DNA of 64,000 nucleotides from positions 124,001-188,000 of the IMG/VR virus record IMGVR_UViG_3300031857_000005; one strand, given 5' to 3'. The notes under the pieces are model-generated. The model was not told the DNA's origin, searched no databases, and saw nothing but the letters and a program-made list of their open reading frames with translations. Numbering within the stretch: the stretch's first letter is position 1; each line of letters opens with the position of its first letter. Below, one piece after another: positions 10,290 to 19,911 of this stretch. The position numbers and the translations under genes were made by a program.

Positions 10290-11006
10290 ATGAAATTTGG
10301 TTTATTAAAATCACAGATAGAAAATATATTGATTGAGTCATATAAGAACGAATCAATAAAAGATAATATGTTTATCTTTAAAGAGTTGGTACTTAAAAAC
10401 AAAAACATTAGTAGAATGTTTTATTTATATGACGAGTTAAATTCTAATAAAGGACTTAATGAGTCCATTGCTAGTGAATATATAAATCAAAGTATTATTG
10501 TTTATGAAAATTTAACCAATAAAATTAACCCTAACCAATTGAGAGAAATTCAATCGTGGGTGGGACACATACAATGTGAAAATAACTACACATTGGTGGA
10601 TGATTTGTTTTCTAACAATGTTACAAATTTAGAATCTAAAATTAAAAGTAAAAATACAATTTTAGAGAATCTAAAGAAAGAACCAAAAAAAGAAAAAGAG
10701 ATTATTAATGTCCCAATAAAAACTATGGTTAGTGTTGCAAACAAAACGGCATCAAACTATATTGAAAGTTTAAACGAATCAGATAAAACTGAACTGAAAA
10801 AACTTTTGTCATCTGATGATGAAACTATAAAGGAGTCTTACTTAATCCTTAAAGGAAAAGTAATTTCTAAATTAGAAAGACTACAAGAAAGCGAGCAAGA
10901 TAATGATGTAACTTCTAAAATAGACGAAACAATACAGAAAATTCAAAATGAATCTTTTGATAAGGTTGGTTATTTTAAGTTACAAAAATTGAATGAAAAT
11001 CTTTAA
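10290..11006 (+). CDS. Hypothetical protein (head module)
   Basis: ORF track; follows portal; upstream TATTTAT. Confidence 0.75.
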   Translation: MKFGLLKSQIENILIESYKNESIKDNMFIFKELVLKNKNISRMFYLYDELNSNKGLNESIASEYINQSIIVYENLTNKINPNQLREIQSWVGHIQCENNYTLVDDLFSNNVTNLESKIKSKNTILENLKKEPKKEKEIINVPIKTMVSVANKTASNYIESLNESDKTELKKLLSSDDETIKESYLILKGKVISKLERLQESEQDNDVTSKIDETIQKIQNESFDKVGYFKLQKLNENL

Positions 11007-11188
11007 TCGTTCATAAATTTTTGACGATAAATAGCTCTGTTCTTAATTTCTCGTTTTGAGATTGACTTCTTTTTAAATTCTTTTCTACCATTGAGTAGAG
11101 AATTTTGACGAGTCCTAATAACTTTACTTTTTAGTTCTTTAAGGGCTTTCTCTATATCCCCATTTTTATTCACTCTAACTATTAACAT
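11003..11188 (-). CDS. rpsU: Phage-encoded 30S ribosomal protein bS21 (Bacteroidota type)
   Basis: MLIVRVNKNGDIEKALKELKSKV...RKEFKKKS..KRE...RAIYRQ aligns without gaps to Bacteroidota bS21 as recalled (MLII..K.GENIDRALK..K.KF...F.KPS..R...KA.Y). Confidence 0.88.
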   Translation of the reverse strand: MLIVRVNKNGDIEKALKELKSKVIRTRQNSLLNGRKEFKKKSISKREIKNRAIYRQKFMND

Positions 11189-11228
11189 TATAATTTTTTA
11201 TTGGTTTATTGGTATTTGATATATATCA

Positions 11229-11236
11229 CAAAAATA
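11229..11236 (-). promoter_or_regulatory. Bacteroidota housekeeping -7 element (TAnnTTTG) upstream of rpsU
   Basis: Minus strand reads TATTTTTG ~40 nt upstream of the bS21 start; -33 element not clearly seen. Confidence 0.4.
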
Positions 11237-11279
11237 CTTATTTTTTTGGAAAATAAACGCGATAGTATGAGAAACATCT

Positions 11280-11747
11280 ATGAAAAAAGGAAAAACCGCC
11301 AAAATTAATGGTTTTAGAACATCAAAGGTAGTCTATGGGACGGTAGACTCAAAAGAATTTAAATCACTTTATCTTAATTTACAAACTTGGGTGGAACCAA
11401 AAGAAGACTATGAGAATTGGGTAAGAATTACACAAAATATGTGCCGATCAATTAAACATTCAGTCTATGACAATATAGATAAATCATTATTTGATGATAA
11501 ATTTATTGTGGACATGGATTTAAGAACAAGTGGTTTACATATAAAGAAAAAATCATTCTTAAATCTTGAGATAAACTTATTTTTAATAGATGAGGTAGAT
11601 TTCAAGGACATGAAACTAAAAAGAAAATTAAAAAGTATTATTAAAGGAGTTTATGATGATGTATTAAATAAGAACGAACATTTTAAATTTTATTTGACAA
11701 AAAACGGGAATATAAAAAAACCAAAGGTAAAAATGGAGAAAGTTTAA
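11280..11747 (+). CDS. Hypothetical protein
   Basis: ORF track, 155 aa. Confidence 0.75.
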   Translation: MKKGKTAKINGFRTSKVVYGTVDSKEFKSLYLNLQTWVEPKEDYENWVRITQNMCRSIKHSVYDNIDKSLFDDKFIVDMDLRTSGLHIKKKSFLNLEINLFLIDEVDFKDMKLKRKLKSIIKGVYDDVLNKNEHFKFYLTKNGNIKKPKVKMEKV

Positions 11748-11770
11748 TATTTATATAGAAAACTTTTGAT

Positions 11771-12499
11771 ATGAACCAAAACAGAATATTAGGACCGAAT
11801 GAAACCGGCAGAGGAATTCTTATTGAATACGATGCCGGTTATATTGATCCTTCAGACAAATATAATTCAGATATAATTAAAGAATCTAAAAACTTTTTAG
11901 ATCACTCAAAACCATTTGAGTTCTATGCGGTGTTACAAAAATACAATACCCCAAATAGAAATGGTAGAGTATATCCTGAGAAAGTATTAAAGCGTGAAGC
12001 AGAAAATTATAAGAAGATGATTGAGAAGGGAACTGCATTGTCAGAACTTAATCACCCTGAATCTTCATTAATTGATTTAGACAGAGTTTCCCATTTAATT
12101 ACTGAAGTATGGTGGGATGGACCTGTATTGTTAGGTAAGTTAAAATTATTAACAAGTCCAGGATTTCACGAAAGTGGTATCTGTTCTACTAAAGGAGATT
12201 TAGCGGCGAACTATTTAAGACAAGGAGTTACTTTAGGTATTTCTTCTCGTGGTGTTGGTTCACTTAAAAAAGTGGGAGAACAAAATGAGGTACAGGATGA
12301 TTTTGAATTAATTTGTTTTGACTTAGTATCATCACCATCTACTCCTGGTGCATATCTTTTCTTAGATAAAAACGACAGAATGAAGTTTGACGAGAATCTT
12401 GAGGAAGATAAAAAAATGGCAGTGGAAAGAAATGTTGGTAGTACGGGAAACAAATCACTTGACTTAATGAAGCGTTTATCCGATTATTTGGATAAATAA
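11771..12499 (+). CDS. Prohead core protease (T4 gp21-like)
   Basis: NRNGRVYP, ELNHP, LGISSRGVGS, FDLVSSPSTPGAY. Confidence 0.93.
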   Translation: MNQNRILGPNETGRGILIEYDAGYIDPSDKYNSDIIKESKNFLDHSKPFEFYAVLQKYNTPNRNGRVYPEKVLKREAENYKKMIEKGTALSELNHPESSLIDLDRVSHLITEVWWDGPVLLGKLKLLTSPGFHESGICSTKGDLAANYLRQGVTLGISSRGVGSLKKVGEQNEVQDDFELICFDLVSSPSTPGAYLFLDKNDRMKFDENLEEDKKMAVERNVGSTGNKSLDLMKRLSDYLDK

Positions 12500-12505
12500 A
12501 AATTT

Positions 12506-12721
12506 ATGGAACAAGGAGAAAAATATTTTGTGGCAAAGATCACTTCTGATTTGTTAGATACAGAATCGGGTAAAGTTAAAAAAGTAAGAGAAGAAAAATT
12601 AGTTTTGGGATATTCCCCAACTGATGTGGAAGCTAAAGTTACTAAAGTATATGAAAACTATACAATGGATTGGAGAATCACTTCAATTACAGAGAGTAAA
12701 ATTGATGAAGTAATTGAATAA
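12506..12721 (+). CDS. Hypothetical protein
   Basis: ORF track, 71 aa. Confidence 0.7.
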   Translation: MEQGEKYFVAKITSDLLDTESGKVKKVREEKLVLGYSPTDVEAKVTKVYENYTMDWRITSITESKIDEVIE

Positions 12722-12741
12722 ATTACTAAAGATTAAATTAT

Positions 12742-12770
12742 AAGGATGGACAAATGTTCATCCTTTTTTT
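12742..12770 (+). terminator. Intrinsic terminator
   Basis: aaggatggaca-aa-tgttcatcctt followed by a T-run. Confidence 0.7.
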
Positions 12771-12864
12771 ATGCTCAAAATTTAATTTTTTTTATCTAAA
12801 AATAGTATTAAACTGATTTTTTTGAAAATGTCAAGTATTTATCTGTAAAACTATTCAAAAAATA

Positions 12865-14265
12865 ATGAGCAAAAAAGAATCATTAGTAGAAGATACATTT
12901 ATCCAATTAAAGAATTTGGAGGATGTTATCGCGGAAAACGCACAAGGAATACTTGCATCAACAATGAAGCAAGAAATCAAAGAATTAGTAAAAGAATCTC
13001 TGAACGAACAAGAAGAGGAAGATGAGATTGATTTAGATGCTGAGGTTGATACCGACGCTGATAACGACGAAATGGAAATGGATATGGATTTCGACGATGA
13101 AGACATGGAAGTGAATACTGATATGGATTTCGACGATGAAGATATGGATATGGACATGGATGTCGAAGATGATACCATTGATTTAACAGGAGCCTCAGAT
13201 GAAGAAATTCTTCGTGTATTTAAGGCAATGGGAGATGAAGATGGAATCATTGTAAAAAAAGATGATGAAATGATACATTTATCTGATGATAATGAAGATG
13301 TAGAATACATCATCCAACTTGGAGAATCTGACGAAGACGAAATGGAATTGGACGAAATGTACGATGACGAAATGGATTTTGAAGACGAAGACGAAATGGG
13401 CTTTGAAGACGAAATGGATTTTGGAGACGAAGAAACTGAAGGAGTTATTTATGAGTTAGAACTTGACGACATGGGTAACGAAGAAGAAGAACTTGACATG
13501 GATGACATGGAATCTATTGAAGATGATTATTTCGACATGGAAGAAGAGTATGTTATGGAATCCTCAAAATTCAAATCTAAAGGAGTTGGAATGGGTAACG
13601 CATCAAAATTCAAATACGGTAAAAAACCTAACCAAGAAGGTGGTTTCGATGTTAAGAAAAAACAAGGAACTAGAGGTGTTGGAATGGGTAAAGCTAAATT
13701 TGAATATAAAGAGGAAGTTAACACTGGTAAAGAACCTAAAAAATCTACAACAATTAAAAAGGTAGAGACTAAAGAGGCTTCAAGAACATTAGGTTCAGGT
13801 AAAAGATTTGGTAGAAAAGGTTTAGACAAACCTAAAGCAGCACCAAGACATTTACGAGTTGAATCTACTGACGGTGAATTAAACTTACTTAGAGAAAAAA
13901 ATGAAGAGTATAGAAAGGCACTTAACCTTTTCAGAACAAAGTTAAATGAAGTTGCGGTATTCAATTCAAACTTAGCTTACGCTACGAGATTGTTTACAGA
14001 ACATTCTACAACTAAACAAGAAAAGATTAACATCTTAAGAAGATTTGACAGTGTAGATACTCTTAAAGAATCAAAAAATCTTTACAAATCTATTAAAAAC
14101 GAACTTTCAAACACAAGTACTACGGATAACACAATCACAGAATCAATTGAAAGAAATGTTGTTAAGACTCCATCAAGTGGATCGGCAGTAAATCTAATTG
14201 AATCTAAGACTTATGAAAATCCACAATTCTTGAGAATGAAAGATTTAATGGGAAAATTAAAATAA
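12865..14265 (+). CDS. Prohead core/scaffolding protein (T4 gp22 position) with long acidic D/E/M tract
   Basis: Lies between protease and MCP; coiled-coil C-terminus; DMDFDDED repeats (gatatggatttcgacgatgaaga at 13081 and 13120). Confidence 0.75.
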   Translation: MSKKESLVEDTFIQLKNLEDVIAENAQGILASTMKQEIKELVKESLNEQEEEDEIDLDAEVDTDADNDEMEMDMDFDDEDMEVNTDMDFDDEDMDMDMDVEDDTIDLTGASDEEILRVFKAMGDEDGIIVKKDDEMIHLSDDNEDVEYIIQLGESDEDEMELDEMYDDEMDFEDEDEMGFEDEMDFGDEETEGVIYELELDDMGNEEEELDMDDMESIEDDYFDMEEEYVMESSKFKSKGVGMGNASKFKYGKKPNQEGGFDVKKKQGTRGVGMGKAKFEYKEEVNTGKEPKKSTTIKKVETKEASRTLGSGKRFGRKGLDKPKAAPRHLRVESTDGELNLLREKNEEYRKALNLFRTKLNEVAVFNSNLAYATRLFTEHSTTKQEKINILRRFDSVDTLKESKNLYKSIKNELSNTSTTDNTITESIERNVVKTPSSGSAVNLIESKTYENPQFLRMKDLMGKLK

Positions 14266-14299
14266 AAATAAACTAAAAACAAATAAAAAACCAAAAAAA

Positions 14300-16177
14300 A
14301 TGGGAGCATTATTAGAATCAGGTCTTGTTGGTAATATTGGGTTAAAGCACCTTAAAGTTATCAAAGAAGATACTATTAACAAATGGGACAAATTAGGGTT
14401 CCTTGATGGACTTAAAGGACATCTAAAAGAAAATGTAGCACAGTTGTATGAAAACCAAGCTTCTTTCTTAATTAACGAAGCAACTTCTGAAGGTTCTAAC
14501 GGAGCGTTCGAAACAGTTGTTTTCCCTATCGTAAGAAGAGTTTTCTCTAAATTGTTGGCTAACGATATCGTATCAGTACAAGCAATGAACTTACCTATCG
14601 GTAAATTGTTCTACTTCGTACCTCGTATCCAAGGTTATGAAACAGGAACTGAACAAACTGCAGCAAATAACTATGTTGGTGGTGGTTCACACTACGCACC
14701 TGTAGGAGCACCTAATAACAACGGTGGATCAGTTGATTCATCAGTAATTGGAGCTGGATACCCTGACAATGCAAATGCATATAAGAAAAATCTTTATGAT
14801 TTATTCTACGAAGGTGCTGAAGGACAATTAGATCCTCCAGGATTGTTTGATTACTCAAAAGGAAAATGGTCAGCGGTAACTGCTGAAACTAGCGTACAAG
14901 CATGGAGTAATGGTGATTTGGATAATTATGTTTACTCATCAGGTTCTCAAGTAAGAAAAGTTATTGTTAAACTTTGTGGATGGAATCAAATTGAAGGTTA
15001 CGGAAAATTAATAGGTCCTGATGGAAATGAGGTTGATTCTGAAACTTTCCTTTCTGACTTAAGAATTTTTGCACCTAGAGGAAATGCTGCTTTAACAGGT
15101 ACAACACCTTGTAATGTTGTTTATAACGCTGAAGGTAATCCAAATTCACTATTGTTTAGAGTTGTTACTCAACAATATGGTAAAGGAATCGTTAAATATG
15201 GTTCTAACCGAGGAACTACATTCCCTGAAACAGGTAATGGTGGTTCTTACTACAACATCTGTGATGGTAATGGTTGTATCTATTTAGAAGTAGATTTATC
15301 TTGTCCAGCATGTGCTGACTGTGGTGACACTTCATTAGATGGTTACACAGGAACTACATTGACGGCTAACTTGGCGTCAGGTACTTCATTCTACGCGGCT
15401 TGGAGAACTTATGAGAACCTTGAGTTCCAAGATCAAATTGGTGAGGTTTCTTTTGATTTAGAATCTGTTACAGTTTCTGTATCTGAAAGAAAACTAAGAG
15501 CACAATGGTCACCTGAAATGGCTCAAGATGTTGCGGCATTCCACAATATCGATGCAGAGGCTGAATTGACAGCGTTGTTGTCAGAACAAGTAGCAGCTGA
15601 AATCGACCGTGAAATTCTTCGTGACTTGAGAAAAGGAGCGGCTTGGAATCTTCGTTGGGATTACAACGGATGGAGAAGAATCCAACAAACTACATCTTAC
15701 ACTCAGAAAGATTGGAACCAAACTTTGATTACTGCGATTAACCAATTGTCAGCACAAATCCACAAATCAACATTGAGAGGTGGGGCTAACTGGATCGTTG
15801 TATCTTCTGAGGTTTCTGCAATCTTCGATGATTTAGAATACTTCCACGTATCTAACGCATCTCCTGAGCAAGATCAGTATAACATGGGTATCGAAAGAGT
15901 TGGTACTTTAGCAGGACGTTACCAAGTGTATCGTGATCCTTACTTCCCACCAAACCAAGTTTTGATTGGACACAAAGGAACATCGTTACTTGACACAGGT
16001 TACATCTACGCACCGTATGTACCTCTACAATTGACACCTACAATGTACAATCCGTTCAACTTCACACCTATCAAAGGTATTATGACAAGATACGCTAAGA
16101 AAATGGTTAATAACCGTTTCTACGGTCGTATCACTGTTGATGGAGTTCGTACATTCGATTTAAGAGAATTGAGATAA
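14300..16177 (+). CDS. Major capsid protein (T4 gp23-like) with large central insertion
   Basis: FPIVRRVFSKLLANDIVSVQAMNLPIGKLFY; RKLRAQWSPEMAQD...HNIDAEAELTALLSEQVAAEIDREI; YAPYVPL; GIMTRYA. Confidence 0.96.
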   Translation: MGALLESGLVGNIGLKHLKVIKEDTINKWDKLGFLDGLKGHLKENVAQLYENQASFLINEATSEGSNGAFETVVFPIVRRVFSKLLANDIVSVQAMNLPIGKLFYFVPRIQGYETGTEQTAANNYVGGGSHYAPVGAPNNNGGSVDSSVIGAGYPDNANAYKKNLYDLFYEGAEGQLDPPGLFDYSKGKWSAVTAETSVQAWSNGDLDNYVYSSGSQVRKVIVKLCGWNQIEGYGKLIGPDGNEVDSETFLSDLRIFAPRGNAALTGTTPCNVVYNAEGNPNSLLFRVVTQQYGKGIVKYGSNRGTTFPETGNGGSYYNICDGNGCIYLEVDLSCPACADCGDTSLDGYTGTTLTANLASGTSFYAAWRTYENLEFQDQIGEVSFDLESVTVSVSERKLRAQWSPEMAQDVAAFHNIDAEAELTALLSEQVAAEIDREILRDLRKGAAWNLRWDYNGWRRIQQTTSYTQKDWNQTLITAINQLSAQIHKSTLRGGANWIVVSSEVSAIFDDLEYFHVSNASPEQDQYNMGIERVGTLAGRYQVYRDPYFPPNQVLIGHKGTSLLDTGYIYAPYVPLQLTPTMYNPFNFTPIKGIMTRYAKKMVNNRFYGRITVDGVRTFDLRELR

Positions 16178-16199
16178 TCAATAACTTAAAATAATCCTC

Positions 16200-16230
16200 A
16201 AAGGAGACAAGAAATTGTCTCCTTTTTTTA
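16200..16230 (+). terminator. Intrinsic terminator after MCP
   Basis: aaaggagacaa-gaaa-ttgtctccttt plus a T-run. Confidence 0.85.
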
Positions 16231-16273
16231 TTTATGATAATTTATAATGAGTTATATTTATATAAAAAAGATT

Positions 16274-17392
16274 ATGAAAAAAATATTACTATTTTTAATG
16301 TTATTAATAAGTTCCGTAATAAACGGACAAACAGTATTATATAATGATAATTGTGAAGTATCTGGGTATAACTGGTTTGGGTTTTCAACGAACCCTCAGT
16401 TCCCAAACATATTTTCAACATATTTAGGTGGGACAACATCAATTTCAGATGGACCATCAAATAAACCTCTATATGTTAGTAATAGTAGTTCATTTGGTTT
16501 ATTTGGTCTTGGGGGGTCAGGTTCAGGAAGTGAATATGAAAGATATCAATTACCTAACATAACTGGATTGAATCCTAATAAACTATATAGATTTACTTTT
16601 AAACTTATGGCGTACGCTGAAAATATTACAGGGTTTTCAGGAAGTGGTTTAGACGTTACCGATTCTGTAACGGTAAGAGTTTCGGTAAATAACGGACCAT
16701 ATCAAATTGAGTCTATAATTAAAGGGTGGTCAAACTCATACTGGAGTTTTGATGCAACTGGAATTATTAATGAAACTGCCAATGGATTACCAAATACATA
16801 TAGACCAATATCTGCGGGTAATCAAGAAAATACCGGATTTGGGTATTCTACATATAACTTATTATTAACAAATATTAGTCAAATACAAATTAGAATAGAT
16901 ATGAGATCAAATTATGGTGGTTCTAATTATGGTGAATGGTGGGTAATTGATGATATGGAATTAATAGATGAGGATCCCCTACCTGTTGAGTTGATGTCAT
17001 TTGATGGTATGTCAACTGAGGAAGGTAACCTTTTATTATGGAAAACTGCATCAGAGCACAATTCAGATTATTTTTTAATTCAATCCACAATTGATGGTGA
17101 AAAATACACTACAGTTGATAAAGTTGGTGCTGCGGGTAATAGTAATCAAGTAATGGAATATAGTTTATTAGACACAAAGTATGGTAATAATTTAACCTAT
17201 TATAGATTGTTACAATATGACTTTGACGGTAAATATACTATATACGGTCCAATATTAATTAATAACCAAGTTAAAGAAAAGAAAGTTATTAAAATCATTG
17301 ATTTAATGGGGAAAGAAGTTACAGAATTTTCTTCAAATGGTATATATATTGAGGTATATGAAGATGGTACAATGAGTAAAGTGTGGAGATAA
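16274..17392 (+). CDS. Secreted protein: Sec signal peptide, beta-rich domain, LPVEL Fn3-like domain, T9SS-type C-terminal sorting-like tail
   Basis: MKKILLFLMLLISSVING|Q; PLPVELMSF..W.TASEHNSDYF..S.DG..GNSN..Y...YYRLLQYDFDG; KVIKIIDLMGKEV...GIYIEVYEDGTMSKV. Confidence 0.78.
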   Translation: MKKILLFLMLLISSVINGQTVLYNDNCEVSGYNWFGFSTNPQFPNIFSTYLGGTTSISDGPSNKPLYVSNSSSFGLFGLGGSGSGSEYERYQLPNITGLNPNKLYRFTFKLMAYAENITGFSGSGLDVTDSVTVRVSVNNGPYQIESIIKGWSNSYWSFDATGIINETANGLPNTYRPISAGNQENTGFGYSTYNLLLTNISQIQIRIDMRSNYGGSNYGEWWVIDDMELIDEDPLPVELMSFDGMSTEEGNLLLWKTASEHNSDYFLIQSTIDGEKYTTVDKVGAAGNSNQVMEYSLLDTKYGNNLTYYRLLQYDFDGKYTIYGPILINNQVKEKKVIKIIDLMGKEVTEFSSNGIYIEVYEDGTMSKVWR

Positions 17393-17407
17393 GAAATTAT
17401 CTCCAAT

Positions 17408-17632
17408 TTACTGATTCTTTGTTAGAACCCTAATTGATTTAGATATTACCTCAGACTCCCCAATTGTGAACGCACCTCTACTATGAGCAGCCTTAACTGC
17501 CTCAACTAGATAGTAAATGGAATGATTACTATCTATTGTTGATAAAATCATATCTAAATGTTCTTCAGTTAAAAGATTTATTGTCCCAAATAGATTACCA
17601 TAAATTTCCGATTGTTCTTCACTCATTTCCAT
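17408..17632 (-). CDS. Hypothetical protein
   Basis: ORF track, 74 aa. Confidence 0.65.
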   Translation of the reverse strand: MEMSEEQSEIYGNLFGTINLLTEEHLDMILSTIDSNHSIYYLVEAVKAAHSRGAFTIGESEVISKSIRVLTKNQ

Positions 17633-17670
17633 ATTGTTTGATATTTATAATAATAGACAAGTTTGTTAAA

Positions 17671-18969
17671 ATGTTAAATGATATTATAAAAAAAATTTTA
17701 AGGGAGGCAACTTCAGATAGTAGTGGATCTAGAGGTTCATTTGTTGTACCATTAAGACCTGGTTTAAAAAAATTTGATAAAACACAGTTAGCTCCATTTA
17801 CAGAAAAGGTTTCTAACTATGATAGTCCATTATTAGATTATGATAGTTACGACGGTAAAATGAGTGAAACCAAGAAACAAATTAAAAAAATTGAGGGTAA
17901 GGCTGAGAAATCTACAAAGTATCTCAAAAATCACCCAATTCAAAATGATGATGATGGGGATATTATAAACCCAACACCAGGAAAAGGAAAAAAATTTGTT
18001 CCCATTAAAGAAAGTTCAACATCAATATCTGCGGGAGAATATTCCGGACCAATAGAACTTGGACTTAAAAAATGGAAACCTCAATTGTTGGCTCCATTCA
18101 CAGAATTTGTTGATACTGAAATTAATCATAAGAAAAAACAAAAAACCATGAAAAACAACATCAAAAAACAAGTTGGCGTTTGGGAAAAAAATCCTGACGG
18201 GACTTACAAACAAGATGATCATGATGTTCACACTATTAAAGAGGATTTAGCGGTATGGTTTGGTACAAAGAAAAAACCAAAAGGATCTAAACAACCAAAA
18301 GGTCCATGGGTTGATATTTGTCGTAAGGTAAATGGAAAACATCCACCTTGTGGAAGAAGTGATTCCGACAGTGGTGCATATCCTAAATGTCGTGCAGTAG
18401 GTGTTGCGGGTAAAATGAGTGACTCAGCAAAAAAAGCGGCTTGTCAACAAAAAAGAAAAGCCGAGAAAAAAGACACTCAAACAGGTAAAGGACAAAAACC
18501 AATTATGACATCTTATAAACCAAGAAAAAAAACAAATGAAAATATGAAAACAATTAGATTGACAGAATCTGAATTAGTTAGAATTGTAAAAAAAATTCTT
18601 AACGAAGAAACCTCAATGGGATTAAAAAAGGAAACTCCTCAGATGTTTATGGTAGATAAATTGTGGGATAGAAAAATGATTACCCCAATAGATAACACCA
18701 ATATTAGTGTACAAAAAGGATATGAGGTTTGGTATGGTTATGATAATGTTGGTAGAAAAATTGTTGAATCTTCAAAAGTAATGAGTACTTTTGGTAGGGT
18801 AGAATTAAATTGTAATACAAAAATGGTTGATTATGATACGATGGCAACTAAAAAATATGAGGAGTACTCTATTGACATTGAAAGACAAAAACAATCTGAT
18901 TTTGATTTCTTAAACCCATATTGCTCAATGATTGACTGGAAATATGGTGACAAACCTAAAAAAAGGTAG
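17671..18969 (+). CDS. Hypothetical multi-module basic protein; probable internal head protein (start probably 17671)
   Basis: TATTTAT at 17642; N-terminal IIKKILREA; GKHPPCGRS..YPKCR module; internal TESELVRIVKKILNE motif. Confidence 0.7.
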   Translation: MLNDIIKKILREATSDSSGSRGSFVVPLRPGLKKFDKTQLAPFTEKVSNYDSPLLDYDSYDGKMSETKKQIKKIEGKAEKSTKYLKNHPIQNDDDGDIINPTPGKGKKFVPIKESSTSISAGEYSGPIELGLKKWKPQLLAPFTEFVDTEINHKKKQKTMKNNIKKQVGVWEKNPDGTYKQDDHDVHTIKEDLAVWFGTKKKPKGSKQPKGPWVDICRKVNGKHPPCGRSDSDSGAYPKCRAVGVAGKMSDSAKKAACQQKRKAEKKDTQTGKGQKPIMTSYKPRKKTNENMKTIRLTESELVRIVKKILNEETSMGLKKETPQMFMVDKLWDRKMITPIDNTNISVQKGYEVWYGYDNVGRKIVESSKVMSTFGRVELNCNTKMVDYDTMATKKYEEYSIDIERQKQSDFDFLNPYCSMIDWKYGDKPKKR

Positions 18970-19377
18970 TTATAACACTACCTTTTTTTGTTTTTCTATC
19001 TCAATCTTATATTTTGAGCAGACAATATAATCTTTTTTATTTTTAGTGACTACAAAATCAAATCCTTCTTTAACAGGTATTGAGAATACATATTTGGTTT
19101 TAAACAAATTATCCTTAATTGCTACAATAATCACACAGTTACCATCAAATGATTTTTCTACTATAGTATATGGTTTTTCATTTGAAAATAGTTTATATGG
19201 GTGTACCATATCTGCCATCATATGAAATAGATAATTATATTTTGGAGTTTTTTCTTTTCCATTTTTATAAATTACTAATGGTTCCACATCAATGTAGTGA
19301 ATACTATCACAGTTAAATTGTGAGAAACTATAAAAAGACATTAAAAAAGATACGATTAATAAAAATAGATTTTTCAT
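18970..19377 (-). CDS. Secreted hypothetical protein
   Basis: Signal peptide MKNLFLLIVSFLMSFYSFS|Q; TAGTTTTG (-7 element) at 19399-19406 on the minus strand. Confidence 0.7.
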   Translation of the reverse strand: MKNLFLLIVSFLMSFYSFSQFNCDSIHYIDVEPLVIYKNGKEKTPKYNYLFHMMADMVHPYKLFSNEKPYTIVEKSFDGNCVIIVAIKDNLFKTKYVFSIPVKEGFDFVVTKNKKDYIVCSKYKIEIEKQKKVVL

Positions 19378-19430
19378 GTTTATTTGTTTTTATATTTACA
19401 AAACTAATATTTTTTTTCTAAAAAACAAAA

Positions 19431-19853
19431 TTAAAGATTAGAAATTTTTTCTAATACATTGTGTAGAGAATTTTTAATCTGAGAATTAATTTTTTCCTCG
19501 TAATTTAATCTTCTTTTCTCCGCTTCATTATCAAAAATTTGGGTAACCCTTTCCCAATCTCTATGAGTTAATTTAACGCTATAGTGATATACATGGTTAG
19601 TTAAATCTACCCTACCATAATCCATAGTGATAAAAATATCCATATCTTTATTCTCAATGTACCGTTTGTTAGACATTGGTGCAATGTCAAATTTGGTTGT
19701 TGGGTGTTTGATTGTTTTTAAACAAATCTTAAAACAAGTTTTTTCGTATGATACCTCTTCATCTTCGTGGGATGGTATGAATGAACTTCTTTTTGCCCAT
19801 AAATACATTCGTAGTTTTAACCTAGTAAAAAATCTAATTATTCTTTTTTTCAT
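19431..19853 (-). CDS. Hypothetical protein
   Basis: ORF track, 140 aa. Confidence 0.7.
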   Translation of the reverse strand: MKKRIIRFFTRLKLRMYLWAKRSSFIPSHEDEEVSYEKTCFKICLKTIKHPTTKFDIAPMSNKRYIENKDMDIFITMDYGRVDLTNHVYHYSVKLTHRDWERVTQIFDNEAEKRRLNYEEKINSQIKNSLHNVLEKISNL

Positions 19854-19911
19854 ATTATTAATTTATACGATTAAAATATATGAAAAAAATTTGGTTAAGA
19901 CAAATGTTAAA

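Noticed and set aside
12855-13964. Antisense Ser-rich ORFs over the scaffold gene, and similar shadow ORFs throughout the window
   Set aside because: They are by-products of GAA/GAT-rich sense codons and AT-rich stop-poor antisense frames.
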